DNA of 62,755 bases, the filler included, from Rhabdomonas costata (lineage: Eukaryota): assembly GCA_019059605.1 (NCBI GenBank). It is 41 parts of 41 records of this genome, joined end to end, with 100 filler letters (N's around TTAATTAATTAA, not from the genome) between each part and the next. Parts side by side here need not be neighbours in the genome. Positions count along the whole stretch, not along the records: positions 49,064 to 50,495 come from JAHMHO010016104.1; positions 50,596 to 52,027 come from JAHMHO010016105.1; positions 52,128 to 53,560 come from JAHMHO010016106.1; positions 53,661 to 55,093 come from JAHMHO010016107.1; positions 55,194 to 56,626 come from JAHMHO010016108.1; positions 56,727 to 58,159 come from JAHMHO010016109.1; positions 58,260 to 59,691 come from JAHMHO010016110.1; positions 59,792 to 61,223 come from JAHMHO010016111.1; 33 more parts are not named here. One strand, written 5' to 3'. The position numbers and the translations under genes were made by a program. This document shows, one piece after another, positions 49,064 through 62,084 of the stretch. The notes below the pieces were generated by a model. The model saw nothing but the letters and a program-made list of their open reading frames with translations, did not search any database and was not told where the DNA came from. Each line of letters opens with the position of its first letter. Within the stretch, counting starts at the first letter, position 1.

Positions 49064-50495
49064 GTGTTGGCGAGGAAAAGAGAGCGGAGCTTTTGCGATT
49101 GCTCCGGAAAGCGACGCACCCAGCTCCCACGGTGAGCCAGGACGTCCAAACTGAGCTTCCAGGAATGGTGGCAGCCTCTCCTGTCATTGATTCCACTGCT
49201 CAAATGCAAGTAGAAGAGTTGAAGCTTCAGGTGCAACGCCTTGGTGCAGAACTGCGTGCCCAGAAGGAGCGGTTTGCGCTTCAGCTGGAGGACGCCCGCT
49301 CCGCCTACGCCCGTTTGCATGAGGTTCACTTTGCCCTAAATGACAACCAGCGGCAGGCGCACTTTTTGGTGGTTGATCTGAAGCAGCAAATCAAAGACCT
49401 GACTGACAGGCTGTCATTCCTTAACGTTCAGAAGCGTCAATGGATTGCTGAATACAAGCAGTTGACGGCATACATTGACCAGCTGGTGAAATATGCTGAA
49501 AAGTATGTGACGAAGGGCCTGGCACCTCGGATGCCGGCGATGCCTCCGTGCCTGAGTCAGAGCAAGCTCACCAACGCCTCTGGGGTTTCTTTCTCCCTTC
49601 GAAAAAAGCTTGGGCTGCTTTCCGCGGTGGCTGTCATGACGGAGGACAAAGCGACCCAGACATTCATAAAATTTGTCCCCCGATCGCTTTACACGAAGGG
49701 AACCTCCTCCCTTCACGAAGTTTCCAGCACCCAGGACGAGGAAGCGATGAACTCCAAAAGCGGTCTTTCGTACCGTGCTGAGGAGGAATCGGAAGAAACG
49801 GCCCAGAATCCTGTGAACCAGTCGACCTCAATTCTTGCAGAGGGTCAGCCTACAGATATGCAGCCAGAGGAGAAGGATGTTTTAACCTCACCTGTCCGCA
49901 TGGACGAAACCGGAGGGTCTGGATATGTTTCTGCCGAAATTAATGCCGAAGGGTGGTCAAAATGGAATGAGCGGGCTGGAGGCCGTTCCCTTCCCATCGA
50001 GCGCAGAGCCCACATCGAACAAGTTCTCGCCATGAATTTTCCTGAATTTGCATACGGCTTCGAGTACTTCGACGTTTTCGAGAGATTCGCCCAGCTTCAG
50101 ATTGAGCTTAGCGGTCTGCTCTCCCTGGAGCACAAGATCAGTGGGGGCTCCGACCCCTTCGCTGAAGCCGAGCCCACGACCCCAGGCTCCCTGGCTAAGG
50201 ACCGGCGCCTGCTGCTGCAGAAATTCAAGGTCTTCCGCGGGATCGAGATGTTTGCTTCAATGCTGCTTGTTGATATGCGGAAGAAGAAGGACTGCATTCT
50301 TCTTGCCCGCGAGGACCGCTTGGAATGTGTGTTGTCGGCAATTAATCAGCTTAGCACCACCCACCCACAGGAGGCTGAGCTGCTTTTGCGCCAGTGTGGG
50401 CTCCCCAACCCAGACGACGAAAACGAGGGCTTGGGACGAAGCTGCGTCGCCAGCCCTCGGCGCCCTACTTCTGCTCCCCGCTATAGACATCTGTT
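49064..50495 (+). CDS. Long uninterrupted ORF with N-terminal coiled coil; no family recognised
   Basis: Stop-free frame of more than 460 codons filling the contig; heptad-like segment VEELKLQVQRLGAELRAQKE. Confidence 0.75.
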
Positions 50496-52935
50496 NNNNN
50501 NNNNNNNNNNNNNNNNNNNNNNNNNNNNNNNNNNNNNNNTTAATTAATTAANNNNNNNNNNNNNNNNNNNNNNNNNNNNNNNNNNNNNNNNNNNNCTTGG
50601 CCTTGACCTTGGGCAATCTTCAACTTCAGCGCGGTGACGTAATCCGCGGTGGGGGGCCCCGAGGAAGGCAGTGTCACTATTAAATAGGGGGAGGGGACCA
50701 TCTCGTGGGGGGGGGATAAACCCACCCGCCATCCAGTGGCAAAGGTAGTCTTAGAAGAAATTGCCAGCAGCAAGGGAGCACAGTCCTCAGCAGTTGCGAC
50801 TTCCGAGCTTCTTAAATGCTGGTGGTGTTGCGTGTGGTAAATGGGGTACAGCAACAGAGTGGGGTGCTGTCACGTGTCCGTGCAGTGTTTGGATCCCCAG
50901 TTGCAGCCCTTTGTCTCACTTTAACAGGGGCGCTACACACCTTAACGTCAACCCAAAGAAGTGGCAGATGGAGCGACTCAACACAGAACACCGCACGTAC
51001 CGGGTGCGGAGTTGCCGGGAGTGTCGTAGATGACAGGAGCCTGCGCAGAGGTGGCAGTCAGAGTCAAAGAAAGATATCGCGTCGTGATGCAAATCACCTG
51101 ATGGGCTTCGGCAGCAGGGCGTGAGAAGGGCTGGAAATTGTTAACCTAGGTTGGAGAGACTTCCCAGACAGCCGTGGTGGGTCATGATTTTCTTAAGCAA
51201 TTTCTGATGAGGGAAACCCAAACAAGAAGGAGGATACACGTTTTGATAAGCCAATCTTTCAGGGCTCATCGCTACATAAGATTTGAAACCCCCCCTCTCC
51301 TCTTCTCACCTCTCCTCCAACCCTTCATTCCCTTCCGGCATACTTCCTGCTTACTCAACATTCCCCTTCCCACTTGTCTCATACCTTCCACTTGTCTTCT
51401 TCCCTTCCTTATTTTATTGGCTGCGAAATCCGCGTCGGTATGTTGCTCGGATGATCCTGAACGACTGCACCCGTTTGTGCGGCCATTCCCTGTGCTCTTG
51501 TCCTCAAAAAAATCAGAAAGGCATTTTGCACGGCAGCCATTTCAGTTTGCTGGGGAAAAACAATCAATGGAGTTGGTGCTTTTTGAGGTGAATGGTACTT
51601 ATCTCCTGAAATAGTGCCTTCTTGCTTTTCAGACAACTTAACGGACCTCATGAATTAAGAAAGGAGGAGCTTACGGTGCAGAAGAGGGAAAACGAAATTG
51701 TTCTGTCGACGCAGGGAAAGGTACGACATGCCGTTACTTCAGAAGGCAAGGAGCACAGCACGCCGTGCACGCACCAAGTAGCGCAGCGACTTTCTGAGGT
51801 ACCGCGGGGGCACATTGGAAGGGTTCACGCTGGGCTGGAAGGTGGGTGGCGGGCGGCACGAGCTGGTGGAAGTTGAGGGGCGAGCCGGTGATGGCAGGGA
51901 GGTGCCCGAGGTAGGACTGGGGTATGCCGTCCTGCTGCCGCCTCGCGGGCCCTCATCAGCGGCGGGACGCTGGGAGGCTATGCTCGGGGTCAAAGGGCGT
52001 AAAGGGTGGGGGGGCTTACCCCAATCCNNNNNNNNNNNNNNNNNNNNNNNNNNNNNNNNNNNNNNNNNNNNTTAATTAATTAANNNNNNNNNNNNNNNNN
52101 NNNNNNNNNNNNNNNNNNNNNNNNNNNGGGTTTTTTTCTCTCTTTGACCTGAAAAGGTTTGCGTACCGCACAGCACTTCCGTTTTTTTTGGGGGGGGATG
52201 CAGTGGTTCTTGCTGGTGGTTTTCTAGAGGTTCCCACGGTTTTTGTGGATTTTGCGTTCCAAGTTCAAGTGCCTTTTTCATAGTTTTTCATGTGGCCTTA
52301 CCGGTGTGTGGTTCATCCTGGTGGCATCGCCCTTTGCTCTGCAGAATTGCCAAAGTATTGCCCGCGTCACCTCAAAAGTGAGAATTTCGCTCGCTCTACA
52401 TCGAAGTTTACGATTTTGGACTTATAGAGCGAAAAGGGATCTAAAAACCAAGCTTTTCGCTGCCTACCAGCTGAAAGGGGGCCTTTTTCCGTGCATGTTT
52501 TTGGCTTGGACTGAGTTCTCACTTTTGACCTGACGCGGAGCATATAACATGTCCGTTCTTTCTAAAAGAGTGAAAACGAGTGTCCAGTGTACAGTCTCCA
52601 CAAAACAACAGCGAATACACATGGCCGAGTATCTCAATGGGGGATAGAGTCGAGCGGCATGAGAGAGGAAGTACTGGGAGAGAATAGGGGGTAAGGAAAA
52701 AGTAAGGAGGACTGAAAGCGGTGAAAGGGTAATAGTGAGAGCGGTGGTCGTGGAGAAGAGAATGGAATCGGACAAGTATGGGTAGCGGCTGCTTCAGCAG
52801 AGCTTGTGTGGAGATCTCTACATCGGTTTAGAAGTCGATTGACTTCCCTTGACATTATTCCTCTGCACTTCCTTCGCAACACAAAATGGGGGCTTTTCGC
52901 GCGCTTCACTCGCTTTATTTTTTGTGTTGCCCTAG

Positions 52936-53560
52936 GTGCTGGGCTGCAGCTTTCGTGGGGCTGACCTTCGCTACTGTTCTTTGACCCGGCCTCGGCTGTC
53001 TGGTCTGAACCTCAGGGAGGCGTCCCTCGCCCACCTCCACTGTGGGGAAGATTCGCACCTCGAGGGACACACCGGTCCCGTCTTCGCGGTAGCCGTGACT
53101 CCATGCCAGCTTGGACGAAGCCAGGTGGATGTGGTGCTCTGGTGGATTTCTATTGCTTCTGCGGCTTTTTGGGTGCACCTCTTCCGCCTCCGCGATGCTG
53201 GGCAATCTCTCGGCGCGCCCATAACCGGGCGGTCCACGCCCTTCATGGAAATGGACGTGGCCGCGGTGGACGTGGCACTCCAGTTTCTTCCTCTTCGCCG
53301 CCACTACGGCGAGTTGTCTTCTCTGGCAGCTCCCCTCCCGGGGCTGCCCAGGTGGTTCGGGGGGGCCCTGGTGCTCGTTTTCGCCAGTCCCCCTCCAGTA
53401 CACGCGCTCAGGTGGCGAGCAAGGCGGCCCTACGGATGGAGCTGGAGGCCGCTGGGTACAAGATCAACCTCGCCCTGGGCCCGGACGCCATGCTCCGCTT
53501 ACATCGCCGCCGCCTTACTGCGGCTGGCCGCACGGCGCTGATTAAGGAGCTGGGGGCCTC
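52936..53560 (+). CDS. Pentapeptide-repeat + WD40-start fragment (NACHT-WD40-type linker), possibly truncated
   Basis: SFRGADLRYCSLTRPRLSGLNLREASL then LEGHTGPVFAVAVTP; a second exon from about 53412 ends ALIKELGA. Confidence 0.5.
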
Positions 53561-53959
53561 NNNNNNNNNNNNNNNNNNNNNNNNNNNNNNNNNNNNNNNN
53601 NNNNTTAATTAATTAANNNNNNNNNNNNNNNNNNNNNNNNNNNNNNNNNNNNNNNNNNNNTTTTGGTGTGATTGCAACCACCGGGTATGGAATGGAGAGA
53701 CGGTGCACTGATGCAGTTGCACGTTGGAACGTTGGACATTGTTTTACTGCCCGTTCTCATTACCGTCAAAAGTTTTACACCATTTTAAACAACGGATGGA
53801 AGAATGCGGATACCATTCAAGCGAACCACATGCACAGTTACTGCACCAGGAAAGGTCCGAGGTTTGGTGCGTGATATCTTTCTCCACCCATTTCGAGTTT
53901 CTTTTTTTGTTATTTAGTATTGGTGGCAGGGTACGCGTACCCTTCTCCGCCTTTCTCAG

Positions 53960-54440
53960 CTCCAGGCAGAGGTGGCGCGGCAGGTTTCCAGCCGGTTTTC
54001 CCCGGACTTCAAGATGGTAAAGAAGCTGATTGAGGGTCTCATACAGAGGTTATTTTCTCTTTTCTCCACTTCCTTCCCTTGTACGGGCGTTGTCTTTAGT
54101 GTACGTTTTTACCCCTTTCCTATTTCGGGTCCGTGTGGCTTCGTTGCTTGTGCCTTAAATATTCACTTCTACTGTTGGAAGTGGACACACAGAGGCACTC
54201 GCCCTCTAACCTCTCCGCTAACACTTTTGCCGCCGTTTTTTCTGTCGCGCTCCCGTTATCAATCGTGTTCTCATGTCGGACAGAGCATTCCCTTGCATTC
54301 CTTCCTTGCTTCCTTGCTTCATAAGCATAGGGATTTCAGACATGTTTCATTTTCTTTACTCTTTCACTTTCTCTTTACCGAACAGGGAGTACCTCGCGAG
54401 AGATGAGGACAAGGCCAACGTTTTCAATTACCTCGCCTAA
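53960..54440 (+). CDS. Cullin C-terminus (neddylation/winged-helix domain), last two exons
   Basis: LQAEVARQVSSRFSPDFKMVKKLIEGLIQR | EYLARDEDKANVFNYLA*; exons 53960-54048 and 54386-54440. Confidence 0.9.
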
Positions 54441-56726
54441 CTCGGACGCTTTCTTCCCCGCGCATGCACAACACCGCTCCGTGTGTCAACCCTGCTTTGC
54501 GTGTAGTATTCCAGGTGTGGTGTACTTCCCCAAAAGCGCATGATGCCTCTCGATCGCCCTCCGCTCTCCCGCGCTGCTTATTCTCTGCCCCTCTGTTTAT
54601 TGTGGGTGACTGTGGTGGTGGTTCTTTCTGAACCTTAGGCGAGGGGAATAACCCCTCCCCTCCCTGCTATTCCAGGTGGCGTGCATGAGGGTTTTTTGTG
54701 TGGCGTTTTCTGGCAGGTTGCTCCCGTCCTTTTCGAGATCTCTGATTTCCTTTTTGTTGCTGTGGCCGTTCCTCACTGGCTGTTTTGAAGCGAGGTGTTT
54801 GCGTTGCTGGAGGGTAGAGGGCGATGACGAGGTGGCGATCGCGATGCGGGATGCAAGTTGGTGAGTTCCTCGGACGCTGAAAACATGCCCTGTCTTGCGC
54901 TGTTGCGTACCTTTCCACGCCATGGTCATCTTCGAATTCTTACATCGACTCAAGAAAGCATTGCCAAGAGTTGTAATACACATTTAATGTTATATATACG
55001 TTTGATAATCGAGCTGGGCCCGATTTACCGTTTTGGGCACTTTCGCTCCACGACGGGTCTTCAACCACAGCAGCAGCAGCAGCACCAACCACANNNNNNN
55101 NNNNNNNNNNNNNNNNNNNNNNNNNNNNNNNNNNNNNTTAATTAATTAANNNNNNNNNNNNNNNNNNNNNNNNNNNNNNNNNNNNNNNNNNNNGTCGAGC
55201 ATAGTCGCGTGCGGGACATGGGAAGAGGCTATCAAGCGGTTTTGTGGCAGAGAGTGGATTAGAGTTTAGGAGTGGATCAGTAGTTTGTGGCGGACGATGG
55301 GCCGCGGCTGGTGTCGCCTTGGTTGTGTGCATGCTGGGTCAGTAGTGGTATGTTTGTGCGTGGTTAATTATTGGACGGGGCGAGGTGGTAAGAATGGTAA
55401 AGGGTATTGTACAGCGTGTGTGTCGGTAGTGGGCCCCGCGGACGTTGTGGATGTAGTGTTGGTGTAGGGTAGGTGTCGAAATTCGTGGTTCTGTGTGGCA
55501 GTAGTTGTCGCGTATCGGCTAGTGTGTCGGTGCCTCGGGGTAAATTGGATATGGCCGTGGCGGTTTGTTGGTTGCTGGTAGGTGCCGTAGTTGAAAGCGT
55601 ATGGGTTGGTGTGTGTGCTTAGTGTTTTTGGTTGGCATTTTTTTGGCATGGTTAGTTGGAGTGTTGCATGTATGGTTTTCTGTTCGCAGTCATTAGTGTA
55701 GAGTGTAGGGTAGGACTTGGTGCGCTTCGTACGGCTGGGTTCGTGTTTCGGTATTTCATGAAACGGTGATTTTGCATATGTTAGTGGTGTGAAGTGGCTA
55801 TGGAGAGGTGCTGAATTTGTACCGTGGGGTTGTACCGTTTGCACCGTTTGCGTGCGAATCTCGATCAAAGCCACTAAATATTAACTTAAACAGGGGATGG
55901 GAGGACACATCCTCATTTCCCATGGCGTTTTTGAGGATGCTCTTGGCATATAAAACGGGCAGTCTGAAACATGAGCAAGAAGAAACATCCGAGCAACAGA
56001 AGCTCGCGGGTGAAATTGATCTAACGACAAAAGTGCCGAGGCGAGCAACAGGAGTGAAGCGAGCTGCATAGGAGAACCAAAAAAGAATGCCTCCAGCGAA
56101 GGCGTTGAGAGCGCTGACCTTATATACACAGAAGCTAAAACCCCAGAGTTACAAGGTGGTAACCCGAAAAGTTAGCGCTGCGGTCAACGTGCACAGCTCT
56201 TTCCTAGCTCGGAAAATATCGGCCCATCTCCCCATCCCGGAACTTTCCGTTTAATTCATCACAACGAAGGGCTGGGCCAACTCTTCACTCTCAAATGCTG
56301 CAACACACCACAAAAAGCGCACTTGTTGTTGAATCCATTTTCTGAAACGTGAATCCAACAAGAAAGCTTTTGTAGGAACTGCAAAAACCAAACAATAAAC
56401 CATTTATGATAGTTCAGAGTTTTAGAAAAGGGCACAAAGTAACCGTTCGACATATCACGTCATCACGGTGGAGGCCATAATAGTCAGTCGGATGCCAGGG
56501 AATCGTAAACCCCGAATCATCCAAAGCTAAAACAGAAAGCTGGTGCGCCGGCCGGCGAGTAGGTCAAACCCCAGTTTCAAGTAGCTCTCGGGAACGCGGC
56601 GCGGACAAGAAAAGAATCGCATCATGNNNNNNNNNNNNNNNNNNNNNNNNNNNNNNNNNNNNNNNNNNNNTTAATTAATTAANNNNNNNNNNNNNNNNNN
56701 NNNNNNNNNNNNNNNNNNNNNNNNNN

Positions 56727-58024
56727 GTGTTGGGTGTGTGTGGTGGGTTGGTGGGCCGTTGCGGTCCGCCTCTTCTTGCAGCGTGTCAAGATCTTCCGCT
56801 ACCACTACGCTGGAGAAGAAGCACAGCAGAAGCTCCTCGGTTGCCCTGCGACGTGCCGGAAGGTAGTCAACGACGGCCGCCCGAGAGCCAAGCACGCTCC
56901 GAGCCCCAGGGAGAAGCCCGTCATCGCCAGAGCACAACATGGGGTAGCTGAAGAAGAAGGTGGAACCATGGCCCAAGCCCTCGCTGGAGACAGAGAGCTT
57001 GCCCCCCCATAGGTTTACCAGCTGCTTGCAGATAGTGAGGCCCAAGCCGGTGCCGCCAAACTTCCGCGTTGTGCTCAGGTCGGCCTGTGTAAAGGGCTGG
57101 AAAAGCCGAGGGATCTGCTCAGGGGCGAGCCCAATTCCGGTGTCCTGCACCTGAAACAAGAAGCTTCGTGAAGGGACCTCGAAGGGGGTTGTCAAGTTAC
57201 TGAGAGCACGGAAGCACATGGAGGAGCGAACATTACTGCTGGTCTCTAATGGGGCCGGGTCCGCGGAGTTGGGAACGACGTTGAGACCAAGGGCAGCCTC
57301 TTCAGCGCTGTCAAACAGCTGCTCTACCCGAACGGTGACGGTGCCCGATGCAGTGAACTTTTTGGCGTTGCTCAGGAGGCTGTTGAAAGAGAGAGCCGAA
57401 AAGCTGACAAAAGCCACATTAACACCGAGACAGTGTTGCTAAGTGCACAAAACGCATGTACAGACAGCCGCTCAGACGGCTCTTCTCAAGAAAACGTTTT
57501 CAGATCTTCAACGTCCTTTTCTCCTTTCTTCCTCAGGTAGGCAGTTGGATGTTTTTTCAGATCGTGACAGTGGGCAAGGATTGGGCAAGCTAACAGTTGT
57601 CCCTTGCACGATTCACCACGATTTAGGTCATAGACGTGGGAATGGTGCACAAGGTGTAAAAGAAAAGCACAGAAGCCATATTAGTAAAACCAAGCACACA
57701 CTTCAGTAAAACTTGCGAAAGCCGCGCTTCATCCCCGGTAACCCACGTAGTAATAATATGAGGGATATCCATTATGAGCTCCACCCGCTTGTCGTCCAGG
57801 TCACTGCCAACCATCGCCACAACCTCCTCCACACACTCTCGAAGGTTGAAACGCCGATGCTCCAGCGTAACCCTGGAAGCCTCCAGCTTTGAGAAGGTCA
57901 GGATGTCATTCAAAACGCTCAGGAGGGCCTTGGCACAGGATCCGATGGAGTTGACATAGCCTCGCTGACTTCGTGACAGCGGAGTGCTCCGAAGCACTTC
58001 GGAAAGACCAATGACTCCGTTGAG
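56727..58024 (-). CDS. Hybrid-type sensor histidine kinase (HisKA + HATPase_c, receiver-like start), two exons
   Basis: LNGVIG...[28 protein letters not shown] | [25 protein letters not shown]...[23 protein letters not shown]; one GT-AG intron 57701-57380. Confidence 0.93.
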
Positions 58025-61000
58025 CTGTCACAACAGCAAAAATAGCGAGAATAATAGTGACGCGAAGTAATTACCTCTATTCACCCCAAAACCCGACACA
58101 TCATCATCAATATCATCAATATCACCACCAATCATCAAGCGCCGCAGCTACCCACAACCNNNNNNNNNNNNNNNNNNNNNNNNNNNNNNNNNNNNNNNNN
58201 NNNTTAATTAATTAANNNNNNNNNNNNNNNNNNNNNNNNNNNNNNNNNNNNNNNNNNNNTTGGCGGTTCATTCCAGGGAGCAGGCTCAAGTTTTTGCTTT
58301 CACCACCACCTGGCGAGTTTTAAGTTCTGTTGTCTTTCCTTTTTGGACGCCACCGCTGCTGCTGCTGTACTTTTGCTGTGCTGTACAGCCTTTGTCACTG
58401 TGTGTGTTGCAAAAAATGCTGCGTGTGGTGCGATGTGGGACTTCATAGCTGCGGGACACAAAGGAGTTGTTACGTTCTGGAATTATTGCCTGACTCACCG
58501 TATATTCCCGTATATTCCCTTCGACCGTTACGAGCAATACGCTTCACACTTCATCAGCAATGAGGCAACGAGCTGTGATGACATTGAAGAGAGCAACGTG
58601 ATCGTATTGTAAATGGAAAATTTATCATATGAGCGGGTTCAAGAGCAATTTGCGAGCACAAGAACAAGCACGCGCTGTGGCACGTCACCTTGCGTGGGAG
58701 AGTATGTAACTGGTCGGGCGCCGTGTTGTTCGGATGTCTTGCGTATGTGGATGAACTATGGCCGTGAGGCAGGCATTGTAGCGTTGATGCGGTTAAGGCG
58801 CGCCACGCACATACCCTACAGATAAGTGGACGATTGCCGTATGCTCGACTGCCCCTTCGCGGGCACGCCCGTCTTCAGAAGATTTCCTTGCACGCGCTCG
58901 TTTTCCGTCACTGGACACACACAGACACACACACACGACAACGGACAAAGCGGAAGCGGCATCACTCGCACATTTGGGCAAAGCGTGCCTTGCGCGCAAT
59001 GTTATTTGCAGGAACAGTCGTCCTCCGTCCGTGTGGGCTGTCCCGCCCTACTTTTGGGCAACGCCAGGAATCGGTTTGGGTTGGGGTTGTTTTGAGGCCG
59101 GGCTCTAACTGACGGTTTTTCGATCGAAAACGTCAATTGTTCGCTTTGGTTCTGTTTTTGTTTTTGAACTGGTAGGCGGTTTGCATATGTACCTTTGATC
59201 TGCGGTTTCGAAAAACGGCTGGGGTTCCGGTTGGGTGCCCATGGTCGGAACCATCGCCCCTTCCTTGGTGATGTTGTCCTCCGCTGGCTTCGGGGCGCCC
59301 GTTCCTCCAGACGATCCACCCGCCCAGAAACCAAGGCAAAAGCCAAACGGACAAGAGCCGTTACATTTCGACAAGGCGGCCGCGGCAGTAATGGCAACAA
59401 AGGCCGCTAATGGAAGAGCCCAGGAAGCCCAAGAAGGCGAAGGCGACGAACACGTAGATCCAGCAAAAGGCAAAAGAAGAACAGCCATCAGCCGGCACCC
59501 GCCCTGTTTCTTTCGTCTTGCGCGCCTCCCCTAGAAGCCCCCCTCTCTTAGATTCGGCGCTTCAACTGTCGGCACCCGCCCATTCCGCCATCCGCAACCT
59601 TGGGTTGGGCCATCCTGCCCCTGATGCGCACCCGTGCTGTTCCCGCGCCGCCGCGCGTTGGGGCAAATGTGGAACAGTTTTCACAACCAACNNNNNNNNN
59701 NNNNNNNNNNNNNNNNNNNNNNNNNNNNNNNNNNNTTAATTAATTAANNNNNNNNNNNNNNNNNNNNNNNNNNNNNNNNNNNNNNNNNNNNGGTGGGTAC
59801 CCTGAGGGCCGGCAACCGCGCGGCGGGCAATCGCAGAGGCCCGCAGGCGGTGTTCTGCGGTGGTGGGGAACATGGCGGAGGCCGTGCTGCGGGAGTTCAC
59901 GACGGGCTCACGATGGCGGTATTCCGCCGAGGTGGGGTACATCGACCGCACCGTGGAGGAAGACAGCTCTGAGGGGAACATCGTGGCCTGGCGCCGGGGC
60001 TGGCCAGCCATTTCTTTTTTGATCCCGGGAACAGCTGAGCCAACTCAACTTCTTGAAGGTATACTAAGTAGCGAGACAAAAAAACACGACCCGAAACCAA
60101 ATGGGAAACAGAAGGTGAAAGACTGCAGTGGCCATTGAGAAGGGACATAGACTCTTCGAAGCGAAGTAACGGATCAACATCCAATTCACGAGTTTATTCC
60201 GGCATCCTACACCTGCTTCATCACTACCCTGGTTGCTTCCTGTAATTTTTTAATTTTTTTGCTCCAGGTCGTCATCAATCTCGTGGAGACGATGGACACC
60301 CGCAACCTAGGCAGGTGTATCAACACACACACACACACACACACATTCACATTCTCCAAGTCCCTGGAGCACCTCTCCACTGGAAGGCTGTGCGCCCTTT
60401 GGCCCGCGGACGCGGCACCTTTGCGAGGATTGCATTACAAAAATTTGACAGCAAACTTCAAGAAAGCGCTGTGAAGCAGGTTCCACCCTGACGCACCTTT
60501 GCGTTTGTGATTTTCAGTTTTCTCTGGTCGTGCGCGCACATTCTGATTCACATTCCAGTTGTGGGTGCTGGAGTTCAAAGTTGGCCAAAAGTCTGTTAGG
60601 CCATGAGGAATAGGTTTTTGCGAAGTACTTGAATGCGCTTCAGCAATGCACATCCAGCCCAACAGGTCCAAGGGGTGATCGCTTCAGACCACCCAACACC
60701 CTTAATAATCGCTGTGGTAACGAAAGGAGTTGCACAAGGAGAAAGAAGACGTGTTTTGCTCACAGAAATCACCGCCAAAGTCTCGTTCACTGATACTGAC
60801 AGTCACCGGATTGTCATTCAGAACACCAACACCGAGCACCCCGCGTAGCGCCTGAGGCGCAGCTGTGTCAAACGGGATGACGGCGGTGCTCTCAATGAGA
60901 GTTCACTTCGCCCTCCGCGGGGCACCTGAACAAGAACCGCACGCCAGCAGGGAAAATGTCAAGACAAGGAATATTCACCCTTCCTCCAACTACTATGTTT

Positions 61001-62084
61001 GTGGCCAACCCTCCCGTGCCTGCTAACTGGAGCGTCTGTCAGATTCGGCTCTTTGACGAGGCCTTCACGAGATGACCCCACACCTTCCTCTGATGTTACA
61101 CAAGAGAATTGCCAAACGTTGGGCAGCTGGTTCCTGGTGGCAGAAAAACGCCAGGCCCAGGTTCTGTTCCCGCACCGTCGGCCTCGGTCGCCCAATGGAC
61201 CTAACCCCAAAAACACAACACACNNNNNNNNNNNNNNNNNNNNNNNNNNNNNNNNNNNNNNNNNNNNTTAATTAATTAANNNNNNNNNNNNNNNNNNNNN
61301 NNNNNNNNNNNNNNNNNNNNNNNTGTTTTTGGGCGCTGCTCCTGCCGCACCGGAGCCCACCCCTGAGCTTGTTCCTGCGGGGGCCAGCGCCAAAAAAGAC
61401 AAAGAAGAAGAAGTGCACGAAGCCGCTGATGATGGCGACGCGGAGGAACGCGCGGCCCGAGCAGGGACCTCCCGGATCCTGAGGTTACGTTCGCGCCCCC
61501 TCCCCCTCTTCCTTTCTTCAGAGCGGGATAGCAGAGATCGACATCCAGTACAGCGCAACTTGCACTCCTCTGCGGCCTTCGCTGCGCTCTCTTCTACTTA
61601 AACGTGGAGTGTTTCCATCCTCCAGGAAGTGCAGGCACACGCAAGACCTCCATTCCCTCCCTTTTTCCTCTGCTCCCTTCGCCAATGCCTTTCGAACAAG
61701 AAAACGTTTGACTGCTTTTAATAACCCACCCACCCACATAACGCAAAGGCTGCATTCCAGAGAACACTCATCATGGAGCACTCTGCGTTGCCAGATCTGC
61801 AAACATATTCGCTGCATATCGTGCATATTACGTTGCCATTGCCATGGTTCTATGAAGGCTCATGTTCCTGGGTCGCTTTAGATTAGCTTTGACTGGTGGT
61901 TGCGGTGTGCTGGTGGTTTTGCTGTGAACCCCGCCTCCTTCAGACTCGACCTCCCGGGAATGTCCACCAAGAGGCCTTGTAAAGTACTTCGATGACTTTT
62001 GCGGCAGCCCAACGGAAAACAAAAAAGGTTTGCGGAGGTCTTCGGGGAAGCCGTCGGAGTAGACCAGGACGAGGACAGCGGGGA

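Larger units (their letters stand above)
1435..61323. other. 40 artificial scaffold linkers (44 N + TTAATTAATTAA + 44 N) separating 41 contigs of about 1430-1436 bp
   Basis: Identical 100-nt block recurring every ~1533 nt (first 1435-1534, last 61224-61323). TTAATTAATTAA gives stops in all six frames. Gene content is unrelated on either side of each block. Confidence 0.99.

Noticed and set aside
57153..57232. Extra intron in the histidine kinase before VQDTG
   Set aside because: The frame is open and FLFQVQDTG fits the expected beta-strand, so no intron is required.
1435..61323. Regularly spaced TTAATTAATTAA palindrome resembling a CRISPR-like or chromosome-breakage repeat
   Set aside because: Always embedded in exactly 44+44 Ns; it is an artificial all-frame-stop linker.
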